A stretch of 40,215 nucleotides of DNA from Nemertoderma westbladi. Lineage: Eukaryota; Animalia; Xenacoelomorpha. The notes below the pieces were generated by a model, which did not search any database, was not told where the DNA came from, and was given only the letters and a program-made list of their open reading frames with translations. The translations under genes were made by a program, and so were the position numbers. The stretch is taken from NCBI GenBank assembly GCA_032718475.1, contig JAUCBJ010005659.1, positions 1 through 40,215 of the forward strand, in the 5' to 3' direction. Each line of letters starts with the position of its first letter. Positions within the stretch are counted from its first letter, which is position 1. Positions 23,287-35,319 of this stretch are shown here, one piece after another.

Positions 23287-23460
23287 GGAAGCAGGACAAT
23301 TCGGTCCCGGGAAATTCGGTCCCGGGAAATTCGGGCCGGACAATTCGGTCCGGACAATTCGGTCCGGAAAATTCGGTCCGGACGATTCGGTCCTGGACAA
23401 TTTGGTCACCGACAATTCGGTCCCAACTCATACATATTGATGGGACCGAATTGTCCGGGA
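23287..23460. mobile_element. MITE/foldback-type terminus with 14-15 bp subterminal repeats
   Basis: About 9 tandem GGACAATTCGGTCC(C) units plus one inverted copy GGGACCGAATTGTCC; no partner end found. Confidence 0.65.
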
Positions 23461-24529
23461 AGAAATTTAATTGGTACTATATAATGGTGAATGATCTAGA
23501 ACCTTAATATATATTTTTATTTTTTACTTCATAGTATTTCTTTGAAATAAAAAAATTTAATTTTTTTGTTAACATAATTAGTTATGGTAGCTATGTTGTT
23601 TTTATGGAGCTTGTGAATTATTTACTAGGTAGTAATAGTATGTGTTTAAAATGTTTAAACCTGACTTTTTATATATATTGCGTATTTATATGTGTTATTA
23701 GTTGGTTAACAAACCTAAATTATTATCCGAGATACTGGATCTCATTCAGGGACACTTTGCTGAATTTAGATAAAATAAATTGTACCGCCACCCATGTTCT
23801 GTTCAGTGTAACTGTTATATTATCATCAATATTTTTGGTAATTAATATAATTATTCTGCAACAGTTTAGGTCTAATTCTGATTAATGTTTTCACAGATTT
23901 TTTTTATAATTTCAAGAAAATGCTAGCTAATAAAAAAAACATTAGCTACTAAATAATATATAAACTCATACAAAATTGTATGTGGTACCGCGGTAGTAGG
24001 CTGTTGGTACCGGATGCCAAGTCTTCAGCTTTACAGGTACATCTACAGTACAGCAGTACAGTCTGACAGTGGTCCAGGCACTAATGTGCAGAATCCAGGC
24101 CGGTTCTGTAAAACTGTTTCATTGTTTCTAAAATCTTTCTTAATAATAATAGGCAGTGCTTTTTTATGTCCTTTTATTTGACTTTTTTGTCCTCCCTTTT
24201 TTACGAATTGTGCATTATGACCTTTGTGTCCCTTTAATGACTTTGGTTGTCCTTTAATGACTGTAAGTAAGTATTACATTAATGTATGTATTTCTTTAAA
24301 CTATCAGACAGTTGATTTCAACATGCCTATGCCAAAACATTCAAGATTTGTTGATTTCTGGTCTGTCGGACAGTTGGTTTCACTATGCCTGTGCCAAAAC
24401 ATTCAAAATTCCATGATTTATAGACTATGAGATAGATTTCCATATGCGCCTGTGGTAAAAGACTCAATATAATAGTTTGTGGTTGTTGTCGATAATCGAT
24501 TACCACATGACGTACCAAAACACTCATTT

Positions 24530-24812
24530 TATAGCCAAAAACAATTACCAATTGATGGAAAGGAGCAGGTTAAGGCCGGATTTTCTAACCAAAACAATAA
24601 ACAGCCACTTTACCAAATGAAGGAAAGGAGCAGGTTACAGAGGCTAGCCTTTCTAACCAAAACAATAAACGATCACTTTACTAATTGAGGGAAAGGAGCA
24701 GGTTACAGAGGCGGGATTTTCTAACCAAAACAATAAACGATCACTTAACTAATTGAGGGAAGGGAGCAGGTTACAGAGGCGGGATTTCCTAACCAAAACA
24801 ATAAACGATCAA
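24530..24812. repeat. 68-bp tandem repeat, ~4 copies
   Basis: TAACCAAAACAATAAAC...GGAAAGGAGCAGGTTACAGAGG starts at 24586, 24654, 24722 and 24790. Confidence 0.9.
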
Positions 24813-26707
24813 TCCAGTTTGGCCTATCAATTATTTTAAATTTATTAGCACAACCGGTCAGCCGGTAGGCCTACCATTTACCGTATTTAAATGGTAGGCT
24901 ACACAGTAGGCCTACAGCAGTACCGGTGCCGGTACCGGTACTAAAAGACCTAAAATACCTGCTTTATACCTACATCTGCACATACAATACAGCAATACTG
25001 CAAAATAGTGATCTACTGTATATACTAATACCGGTACTGATAGCCTGAGAGAATAGCAGTAAAGAAACCGGTAGCATGAAAAAGGACGTCATGAGTGATT
25101 TAAGCAGACAATAAAAATTATTATAATAATAATACAATAATACGATAATAAAATACGATAATAATATATACAGAACAATAACTTAACTGTATTGCTAATA
25201 ATTTATTATTTATAATATTAATAATAATAATATTATAATTAATTTATTATTAATAACTTTATATTTCCATCAGTAGAATAGTTACATTACCGAACTAATA
25301 TTAACAAATTTTAATGCAATATTACAATATATTATTCATATTATTAATGCCTATTCGGTGGTTGATGTAATGGGCCTTCCCGATCAACCTACGTCTTTAC
25401 TATGCATCAAGTTAAATATATTCATAATACTTTTTTCATTTACTGTAATTTACTAATTATTTGACTTATCGTACTCCAATTATTACATAGTTACAATTTA
25501 TTTGTGTGCATGCAAGTTTAGAAAATGTTTCATAATAAAAAAAAAATAATTATACAAACATAAAGGTATAAGGCACCAGATCACGGTACCGGTAAGTATA
25601 ACACAGACAAACACAGTCTGTGTATGAAAAAATGACTGAATGGCAGAACAAGGAAACGACACATCCTTCTGTAATTGAATAGTAAAGTAAGAATAATAAT
25701 AATCAAGTCAGCAATATGTATAGTAAAAATATGTGGTACTAAAATATTATGTCAATCCTACTGTAAATACAGTATAATTATTATCTGTAATTTATGACAC
25801 ACCGAAAACCTCAAGAAAACAGAGGTTACAATTTCTCACTTCAACTTAGACAATTGCAGCAAGTGTAATTAAGATTTACAATGTTTACAATATTTACAAT
25901 TTTAACTAAAAAAACTTAATTTATTAATTATTGTATTATTATTGTTGTATTGAGTAATACAGTACACAGAACCATAGGTATTGGTCGACAGTATTGGTAT
26001 TGGTATAGGTATTGGTATTACCGAAATATTGCACTTTGAATTTATCATTATAATAATCAAATCAAACATATCTAAAACTAAAGCTCTTGAATTAGCCAGT
26101 CATCCATCACCCTTGTATGGCATTTGGTTCGGTGGTGGGTGGGTTGGAATGGTTCGGCCACATTAGGGGGTGGTTTGGGGGTGGGTTGGAAAGAAATGGT
26201 TCAGCCGCAAAGGGGTGGTTCGATACACCAACATGTCAGTCGGGATCACCACCCCCTCCCAATGCAGCTGGACTTTCAACTGGGTGATCGGTGGATGGAA
26301 GGACGGCCATTGCCTGCTTGTCAATCCCCAAACATAACGCCATTTGGTCTAGGTAGCGAGCCAGGTGTTGGTTGACAACACCAATAAGAAGTAGTGGAAT
26401 ATGTTCCACCAAATCATTCATTGCTTTTTTGGCTGCTATTATTGGCTGTGATCGGTACCTGTGATGAGGCTGTGACTAAGAATACCATAGAATGCAATAT
26501 TATATTGAAATTTTGAATGTGAGGTTGTTGAAGAACATATAGTATGAAATATGGTATAACCCCCCCCCCCCCCCCCCACCTCCTCGGGATACTCCCATGC
26601 TGTAAAACATTATTACAATAAATTTTTCGGACCTCATCTATGCATGTAAACATCATTAAATAATGTTGATAATGATTCCCTATGTACTGTAAAACCAAGA
26701 CAATAGA

Positions 26708-26838
26708 TTAGCCATAACGCGACAATTAGCCATAACGTGACTTTTAGAGTAGCCTTACCGCGACTTTGAAAGTCGCATTACGGCTAATCTCCAAAAAAAT
26801 TAGCTGTAACGCGACAGTAGCCATAATGCGACGACACC
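26708..26838. mobile_element. MITE-like terminus with TAGCCATAACGCGAC subrepeats
   Basis: Five direct and one inverted variant of TAGCC(A/G)TAACGCGAC ending in GACACC. Confidence 0.55.
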
Positions 26839-26866
26839 ATTCTAGGTATGTCCTAAAGCATTACAA

Positions 26867-28573
26867 CTAGGATCGGCATGCTGCATTGCAGCTGCATTTT
26901 TAAGAATGCTGTGCCGGCTTGTCAACAAAATTGCACCGCCACAACTCCCTATCACCCATGACATTTGCTAGATCATCCGCATCTTCAAGGCCAGTGTCCT
27001 TTAAGATGCGTCTCAAGAAAGTCATGGGCTGTCCACCATGCTTATTCACTCCATAAGGCTGCCAAAGTACAAGATTATGCACAGGCTGGTCCTCACGGCG
27101 AAAGCAATGTCCTGCAAAGTGGAGGCGATTTTGTTCTAGTGTCAAGCTTGGGGGAACCAATGAGACACCTCCAATGTTATAGTGTCTGGTTGGAGATGTG
27201 TGCATTGTACTTGACACATTGAACCCGGCGTAGCATTCTTGTGAATGTGCCATCCAGAGATTTGGTGTCCTCAGCAGTTAGAGCCCAGCATGGACTCCCA
27301 TAGAGGAGTACTGGAACTACTGCTGCTCTAAATAATCGGACCTTAAGTTTCCGATTAATTCTCGGTGACTTCCAAATCCTGGAAAGCCTATTCAAGGCTG
27401 CCCATGCCTTTCCCTTACGTATTCGAAGGTGCTCACCTGACTTCCGGATCCATGATCCCAGGTAACAGAAGTCGTCCACATGCTCAAGCATACCATCCTT
27501 TGAGCTTATGCTCATCCGATCAGAGACTTGCTGAGGACTTTCAAAGTTAACTGTCAGAATTTTGGTCTTTCTGGAGTTAATAAAAAGACCAACACTAGAA
27601 GCAGCATGTTCTAATGAGCTGAGGAGCCGTTGGGCTCCCTCTAATGATTCTGAGAGTACTCCTAAGTCATCAGCAAAGTCTAGATCAGTTAGGTACTTGG
27701 CAGGATTTCCTCGACTTCTGGAGCCAGTAGGTGGAGTTATCATCACCCCATCATCATTATAATGATCTAAGGACATGCGTAGAACATAGTAAACCACAAT
27801 AATGAACAAGAATGGTGCATGTGTGTCTCCTTGGAGGACGCCCCATAACACTTCAAATGGTTCTGTGTCACCGTCAACAGTAGGCACAAATGTTGTCGAA
27901 CCATCGTATACTGATCTGATTGCTGCAATAACTTCATCAGGAATCCCATATAATGAAAGTATGCTGAACATACGTGAGCGAGAGACTGAATCAAATGCCT
28001 TGAAGAAGTCAACAAAGATAACAGCCAGATGCTTTCTTTTTTGATAACTCTTCAATTATCCTTCTAAGTGCCAAAATGGGCTCCATGGTCCCACGACCTT
28101 TACGGAACCCATTCTGATTTCCACGGAGCAGTCTCTCAATGGGATCCCTGATGCGATTTAATAGAATCCTATTGTATAGCTTTGCAGCAATCGAGATCAA
28201 TGAGATTCCCCGAAAAGAACCATAGAGTGTTAGGTTGCCCTTCTTGGGAACTGGGACCATCTTATTTGTTTTCATTTCTTGTGGGACTCTTGTTGTTTGG
28301 TACATGTCTACTATGATGGGATAGATGAGCTTTAAACACTCAGGTATTTTAAAGACCTCAGGGGGAACACCATCTACTCCACTGGCACGATTGGTCTTAA
28401 TGCTCTTTGCAGCAGCCTTCACTTCTGCAAAGGAGATATCGCCAATGGGAATATCTGGGAGTACAGACTCAGACACTTTTACTTCTATAAAGTTATCAGG
28501 CAATACCCTGTCATTATTATCATTAGGAGCTTTTCAAAGTGGGCTTTCCAACCATTGAGGCAATCAGCTGGTG
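26867..28573 (-). mobile_element. RTE-clade LINE (family A), 5'-truncated, complete RT region with frameshifts
   Basis: ORFs 28009-28503, 27177-28055 and 26900-27253 (FRGISLIS, QNGFRKGR, FVDFFKAFDSV, GVLQGD, DLDFADD, YLGS); 12-bp TSD AAAGCATTACAA at 26855-26866 and 28574-28585. Confidence 0.97.
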
Positions 28574-28929
28574 AAAGCATTACAAACCACACGTTAAAGA
28601 AAGTTACAAAACATCCGTTAAAGAGATTATTGAATTAAGGAAGTACAGGTTCCTCTTGGCCAACATGCAAAAAATAAGATCTGGTACTGATACTGACCTA
28701 AAGGCAGTAGGAAATAAAATATACATACAGACTGTCAGACTACGGGACCGTGCATCCGAGTACTCTAGTTTAATCATTTCTGTACTCAAAACAACATGCC
28801 TCCAAAGTCAACTGAACCCACTAAACTACAGTAGATCGCATCGAGGACGTCCTTATGATACTCTGCAAGTGCGTATTTTCAGTCCCTTTATATCCAGTTA
28901 ATTGTTTTATATATTTTAGCTCCCATAAG

Positions 28930-30069
28930 TACATACTAGTGCCAAACCCTCATTAATTTGAATATTGATAAAACTGTATATTGTTTATATTCCAACAACC
29001 CGCGGTCCACTGAAAATGTAGCCAAAGTTAAAATAAAAGATACAAATCTAAAGTGTAAAAATGAAATCAAATATCTTGGTCTCATACTTGACAACCACTT
29101 GAATTGGAAGTCCCACTGTAAATATGTAATATCTATGGTGTCGAAATTTACTGGCTTGTTTTTTAAACTCAGACACTTGTTGCCTCTATCGGTGCTCAAA
29201 TCAATATATTATTCCCTCGTAAATTCACGGATCCTCTACGGTATTGCCTTATGGGGCAGCTCCTACCCAACATATATTAATAAAATTCGTGTTCTGGTAA
29301 ATAAAATTGTGAGGGCTATAACATTCAGTGAATGGGATTGCCAATCTTTTACCATTTATCGTCGGTTAGAAATTTTGCCCATTCAAGCTTTGTATAAGTT
29401 AAATGTTGCCAAGCTCATGTTCGATGCGTTTCATGGTTTATTACCTTCTGGTTTAATGAATCTCTTTCGTTTATCTAATACTGTTCATAACTATAACACT
29501 CGTGGTTCATACAATACTAATTTCTTTATTCCTCGCTTTCGTACTGTCCGTGGACAAATGTCCATACAGTATCAGGGCCCTATTATCTGGAACGAGATAC
29601 CAATTATCATACGGTCCACACAAAAACTTTCGACCTTTTCCAAAAACTTTAAGGCACATCTTCTCAGCGATAATTAATCTTCCCTTTTTTTTTTTTAATT
29701 TTCTTTTTTTTTTCTTTTTTGTATTTCTGGATTTTTAAATTTCTTTTTCGATAGCTATTCTATGGTATTTCATCTAGTCAGATTCGATCTCTCATTATGT
29801 TGTACATCCCTTATAATTTCTCAATGTAGGTCTCTTCAGTAGTCCCCCCCCCCCCCCCCCCCAGTCCCCCTCATGGTGGTAGCAACCTTCAAGCTATGGC
29901 TTTTCTGTTATCACCCTTTTCTCTCTGTTCTCAGTTATCGAACCATTAACCAACTGGCTCTCAATCGTCCACACTAACATGTATGTGTTTAATATATTTT
30001 GTATACCAGTAATGCATTTATCAAAGGTGGAGGTTATTTTTAACATTGAAAGAGAGAAATAAACGAAAC
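28930..30069 (+). mobile_element. L2/Crack-group LINE 3' end (second family)
   Basis: 239-aa ORF: LNIDKT, KYLGLILDNHLNWKSH, IYYSLV.SRI.YG..LWG, HNYNTR, GPIIWNEIP; 3'UTR stem-loop at 29875-29914; AATAAA near 30058. Confidence 0.92.
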
Positions 30070-30169
30070 AATACGTAGAAATGAATCCCTCCCATTATAA
30101 ACAATTATTATAATTAATTATAAATAATTAAGAAAATTTAAAAAAACTTACTTTAAAAAACCTTTTGCA

Positions 30170-30520
30170 TTGGCAGCTTGTCATCGATGTAATAGAAGTC
30201 CACAGTCAAACTACTCAAAAAATTCAATGCATTCTTCAGTCCTCGGGTCTCGCTCATCGGTTAGTCCAGTTTGCCCGTAGCGCTAGCGCAGTAGAGATAC
30301 CAAAAGTCGAGGTCGCAAACGACACTGCGACAGACAGAGGCGGTGGCCTTGGTGGCAAGTTGTTTGAGTACCGGTACATGATATGGCTGAATAGTCGCGA
30401 ATAACTGAATAATCTGAACTTTGCCTCCTGGAAATGCTGGAATGGCTGAAGAAAGTGAAATAGGCCTACCACACTTTCCAAGGCAACAAGGCCACATTAG
30501 TAATTGCTGCATTGTACCGG
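30170..30520 (-). pseudogene. Degenerate hAT-like transposase C-terminus
   Basis: HVPVLKQLATKATASVCRSVVCDLDFW aligns loosely with the P.L..LA......SS..CER.FS dimerisation motif. Confidence 0.35.
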
Positions 30521-30689
30521 TATTGCTGAACTACAAACCCACCTGATATATCATGCAGTCTCCTAGCAACCAGCTGTGATGCCAAGCCTAATAATTTTTG
30601 GGAAAATGATTTTATTATAACTGCATGACAGTTACACAGATGCTGCAAGAAGACCCCACGAAAATTCAACTTGGAAAAAGTTTCTAAAC

Positions 30690-30862
30690 ATTTGCCAGAC
30701 TACATACAGTATGTACCAAGTTTGGATATATTTTATCGAGATTTGGTTGAGTTATTAACGTTTAAAATTGAACACAACAGATCAAAAGAGCAACAGACAC
30801 ACCGATTGAGTTAGTGGTACCTGTATGCTAAGCTCACTTACTTTCGTCGCTCGCCCCACATA
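30690..30862 (+). mobile_element. Dispersed repeat related to 4848-5020
   Basis: Shared 3' block CTGTATGCTAAGCTC.CTTACTT..CGCTCGCCCCACATA and upstream GTAC.AAGTTTGG. Confidence 0.5.
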
Positions 30863-31054
30863 TCATTCTCAGTGCGGAACACATTTAAATAAATGTGTAC
30901 TGAGAAATGCCAAACTAGCTGTATGTACTTTCTGTTATGTTGAGATTTTCACATTTAGTTAAGTTCCTGAAAACAACACTGATATTTTTCATTCGTATAA
31001 TATAAATACAGACAAATGCTTACTTCCAAAAAATTTTACTGACATAAATAGTAC

Positions 31055-31370
31055 ATTCCAAAAAAATATAGACCCAGATCACAATCTAAACATCAATACC
31101 ACAGACGTCGGTTACTTCTCTCAAATTAAATTTAGTAACATACCACAAAATAAAACTTATTTTTCAGTATTTAATATAAACTGTAAAAGTCTAAAATAAA
31201 AACCTTAAAGCAACTACCGACTACTTAAACTCATTTGATAGGCAATTTGATATAATAACTATTACCGAAACCTTTCTAACAGATAGTACAGACCTAAACT
31301 ATTTAAACATAAATGGATACTCTTCCCACTTGTAACCAATCGACAAGACGGGAAACTGGACAGAGGTGGT
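31055..31370 (+). mobile_element. LINE APE endonuclease N-terminal fragment
   Basis: NIDPDHN, FSVFNINCKSL, FDIITITETFL, INGY, RGG motifs with frameshifts. Confidence 0.75.
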
Positions 31371-31749
31371 ACAAATAATGCAGTATAGATCAATAGTATA
31401 GAATAATATAGAACAAATAATGCAGTACATATCATAGTTTTTTTAAATTAATTTCATTAAAAGTTAAAGAGAGCCGCAAGGTATGTGGAAATTATTGTGG
31501 CACAGTGCACCACAAGTGAAGTTATTTAGGAAGAGTAATATTTTAAGAAGAAATCGCGTTCACCTTTCACATAGGACTAAAAAATGATGTTAGGCCTTCA
31601 CCAAATACTGTATCTACCAAAACAGAAATAAAACTGTCAGTTTTAGGACATTAGTACAGAAAAGGAAAGTATCCCATTAGTGGCTGTAGTAAGTAAATTT
31701 GATGCTTTAATGTGATATGATGTTAGAGAAATGAAAGGTTATAGAGAAA

Positions 31750-32400
31750 TAAGTAACAGAGTGATATGTTCAAGTAATTCGAAACGATTCTGAGATAGTG
31801 TGACATTGGAGGATGGAGTGATGTCGGAAGGTGCCTTCGATGTATGCTGTGATCGTCCGGCTCTGTTGCTGATGACTTGAACGAATCCTTCAACATTTTA
31901 GTGGGGTCGAATTGGTCTAATTCAGCTTCCGTTGATATTGGGACTGGTTTGTCATTCTCGAAATTTCGAATTAGTACATTTCTATTTATCGAATATGTTG
32001 CATGGATTGAGCCGTTTGTCTTAAGGGAAGATCTTGTAGAATGACCGTAGAAGCGAATAAGGAATGGTCAAGTCCTGATAGCAGGTTGGGGTACCTGTCC
32101 GGTACCGATACCAGTATTTGATGGTTTGGAAAGTAATTGTATTGTGCCAACAGTATATGGTGTCGCTGAGCATACTGCTCTTGTGAGTCATTACAATGGA
32201 GTATGTACGAAATCTGTTTCTTTAGGTGAATGTTCTCGCTTTTTATTGTAATAACTTCTTCATTATTAGCATCTCTATTGATGCTGCAAATGATTGAGCA
32301 ACACCAAGTTCAGCTTTCAAGGTGACAACCTCATCGGTTAGTGAGTCGATGGTGGACTGGAGTTTCTGAAAATTTATTAGGATTTCATCATTTCGGATCT
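31750..32400 (-). mobile_element. LINE ORF1-like remnant
   Basis: Coiled-coil-like QKLQSTIDSLTDEVVTLKAEL, then NDSQEQYAQRHHILL (cf. LEQYSRRNN), and NRFELL. Confidence 0.5.
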
Positions 32401-32584
32401 CCTAGTTGATTTGTTGGAGAGCTGGTTTACCTTGAGTTTGATATTGGCATTGTTTAAGCGACTTTGGGTGTGGATGCTCAATACATGGGAGTTTCTGTAT
32501 GTGCAAATTGGATAGTTTATAAAGCCAGTAGGTACCGGTAGCCCAAGTGTAGTGCAGTACAGATGCAACTAATTATTGAGTTCC

Positions 32585-32735
32585 ACTTTTCTGGCAACCA
32601 ACCCAAGGAAAGCATGGCCGTGAACGACCGGCTATAACATATATAGACCAATTTGAAAGGGATTCTTGACTTTAGAGAAACGAAATTGCAACTACTATGG
32701 AGAAACTGAAAGCATGGAAGGATCTTATTTCCACT
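32585..32735 (+). mobile_element. RTE family B fragment
   Basis: Homologous to 21515-21665 (CTTTTCTGGCAACCAAC, GAGAAACGAAATTGC, TGGAAGGATCT.ATTTCCAC). Confidence 0.8.
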
Positions 32736-32773
32736 CTTGTTTGAGTTTGGATAATGTTTATTCATCTCTGATA

Positions 32774-33263
32774 TATATGTTTTATTCATTAGACATTCTT
32801 TCCTATTTATGCAATGAAAAATTATTTCATTAGTGCTAGCACACAAACTGTTAACGCATTACCTATAGCATACTTGTAGGCCATCAAAAAGGTGGTAGGC
32901 CTTGAACCAATACTTCTGCTGGAATGTATTACAGTCTATTAAGCACACTAATGGTTCTTAAAAGGCACATAAAATTCATTTTTTATAATATCCTTTTTAT
33001 TATATTATATTCATATTCAATTATTCAACATATTTTGTTGCTTATCTGAATTCAATATAATCACCCGCTCGCTGCATTAAATTTATGGAATAAATCACCT
33101 TATATATAGCAGGACCTACGCTGATCCTGTTTATAAGGCTGTACAAGTTATTCACTTAACCAAAGGAGAGAAAATGTTTAGATATAGAACGTAATCATTT
33201 TATTCAAATTCATATTTCAGGCTCGAACTTTCATACAACCATATGGACCTTACAGTAGATTAT
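32774..33263 (+). promoter_or_regulatory. Conserved non-coding module, copy C (~450 bp upstream of GPCR paralog 2)
   Basis: CTAATGGTTCTT (32948), TAAATTTATGGAATAAATCA (33078), TTTATAAGG (33130), CCAAAGGAGAGAAAATGTTTAGATA. Confidence 0.65.
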
Positions 33264-33354
33264 GTTATGGGTATGGTTGTGTTGAGCTAAGCCGTCGTCA
33301 TTTCTCTTTCTCCATTTATATTTCTCATGTCACATCAATGTGTCCAAACAGTCT

Positions 33355-33417
33355 TGTACAACTCAAGAATCGAACCTGAGCAGAGCTAAACTGCGACACT
33401 TACACCACTGGGACCAA
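33355..33417 (-). mobile_element. tRNA-like SINE head
   Basis: Minus strand TGGTCCCAGTGGTGTAAG (A box-like) and GGTTCGATTCT (B box); no intact cloverleaf. Confidence 0.4.
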
Positions 33418-33711
33418 ACAATTATGTCCTGACCAGTGATTGAATCTGGAGCCTCTTGCTTGGACCCCATAATGTCACCACTACTCCTTGTGCCTATTAA
33501 TTTAAGGCTCGCACTAAACGTAAGTACTTAGAAACCAGTTAGTAGTCATAGTAATCAAATAAATTAAACTTTCTGCACAGCAATAAAATATAATGAATTC
33601 CATTTAACGATAATGAGATAAATTAATTTAGTCTTTGAATAATACTTTCTTCAACATCCCATTGGACATTATGGCAATGCAAGCAATGTTAGTGTGCATT
33701 TTTTTTGTTAA

Positions 33712-34908
33712 ATGTCAGCTGGTGAGATGACTGATAAAACCAAGATGGGTCTTCAACCTCATAATATCCCCAATATTCCCCGTAGTGCATACAATGATCG
33801 TAACATAAAGATACTAAAAGACATCAATTATGACCTATATTTAAATGATGGTGAACAATTTGACGAATTTAATGAAGTATTTGAAAAAATTATCACGCCA
33901 TATATTTGTACCTTCGTCGCAGTTGGTGTAATCGGACATGCCATTACCATAGCAACAGTTCTACTTGAGAAGTCTTTTAACACATTGTTTTACAAAATGT
34001 TAATTATCGATGCCATTCTGGAGTCATTATGTTGTATTGTGAGGTTACTGTTACGAGGGCAAACTCTCTCATGGTGGGTGAAATCTACACCGGATTATGA
34101 AATAATCGATGGAGCATCTTATCTAGTTTACAAATCTTCTAATGTGTTATACTGGATTTGTCAAATGTGTTGGCCAATGCTCGCTTGGGTATTTCCCTTT
34201 GCTGCACAATTATTATCTTTAATTATGGGTCTAGATCGGATTGCAGCCTTGTATTTTCCATTGTGGTATAAAAATACCAAAGCAAAAAATCCCAAAATGG
34301 TTTATATAGTGTTAATCATTGTAGTTGTTTACAGTGCTGCTCTCGATTGGCAAGAAATGATTGCTTTTAAAGGTGAAATTCATATGGTTGATGGTGTTTC
34401 TGAATATTGGGCAATCGATAATTATTGGAGAACCAATAATGAGCACATAAACACAGCTCATCATATTATGGGATATGTTTTTCCATCTATTTTACTCACC
34501 CAACTTATAGCTGTACTTATTATAGATATTCTAATGATAACAAAGTTTTACAATGTGGCTAGGTTAAACCCTCAATCACCGTCAATGTTAAAGATGTGCA
34601 ATGCAATAAAACTTCTTATGATAACTGGTACTTTATCTCTTATTCACATTGTTTCTTTCATATTATGGGTTATAGCAGCTTTTTACTTGTATCATTTGCA
34701 TGGTAATTTAACAACAATGTCCAGCACAGCAGACATTACTTACTTCATAAAATATGAGCGGGTCTTGAACAGAACATCCTATGTTCAAGACGTGGTGTTT
34801 ATTGTTTATTCTCTTAACTTTTATCTTATGTACGCTATAGTTGCAAGCTTCCGAGAAGCTGTGAATACTAATATATTTAGGTGCAAACCTGTCAAGATAG
34901 AGAAATAG
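33712..34908 (+). CDS. Class A (rhodopsin-like) 7TM GPCR, paralog 2
   Basis: Uninterrupted 398-aa ORF colinear with paralog 1 (roughly 70% identical by eye); MGLDRIAALYFP; YSLNFYLMY...FR. The upstream leader is out of frame. Confidence 0.88.
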   Translation: MSAGEMTDKTKMGLQPHNIPNIPRSAYNDRNIKILKDINYDLYLNDGEQFDEFNEVFEKIITPYICTFVAVGVIGHAITIATVLLEKSFNTLFYKMLIIDAILESLCCIVRLLLRGQTLSWWVKSTPDYEIIDGASYLVYKSSNVLYWICQMCWPMLAWVFPFAAQLLSLIMGLDRIAALYFPLWYKNTKAKNPKMVYIVLIIVVVYSAALDWQEMIAFKGEIHMVDGVSEYWAIDNYWRTNNEHINTAHHIMGYVFPSILLTQLIAVLIIDILMITKFYNVARLNPQSPSMLKMCNAIKLLMITGTLSLIHIVSFILWVIAAFYLYHLHGNLTTMSSTADITYFIKYERVLNRTSYVQDVVFIVYSLNFYLMYAIVASFREAVNTNIFRCKPVKIEK

Positions 34909-35319
34909 AAATGTAATTAATGTATGGTGGTGCAAATAGAATACCGGTAGGCATTATTTACTGGTTGTCCTCCTGGTGTTGTTACCTTATTTACATAAGT
35001 GAACATAGTGCTAGGTCTGGTTCTGACCAGGTGTGGATGAGATGTATCATGATTTGAAAAAATAAACAAACACGTTTTTGTTTTCGTTTTTGTGTTCGTT
35101 TTTGTGAAGAATGTTATTACAAGCGATATTAAAATAAACCCGACCACCAGATTTAGAACCAAACGTATATTTTCACAACGGTTATCTTCTTCTGTTTTGG
35201 TTTCCCCGGTCATTGAATTTATGCTGCGTCTTCTTTCGCGCCTCATCTCTTGTACTGGAATTCTTCCCACTGAGTTTGTTTCATGGAATTGCGAATATGC
35301 GAGGATAAATGTTTAGAAA

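Noticed and set aside
23200-23484. ORF with GQFGP repeats (collagen- or neuropeptide-like)
   Set aside because: Translation of 14-15 bp transposon subterminal repeats; the period is not consistently a multiple of 3.
24530-24812. CRISPR-like 68-bp periodicity
   Set aside because: The whole unit is repeated; the would-be spacers are homologous to each other.
26100-26420. Possible 3' end of another RLE-type retroelement
   Set aside because: GC-richer patch, but no motif I can assign with confidence.
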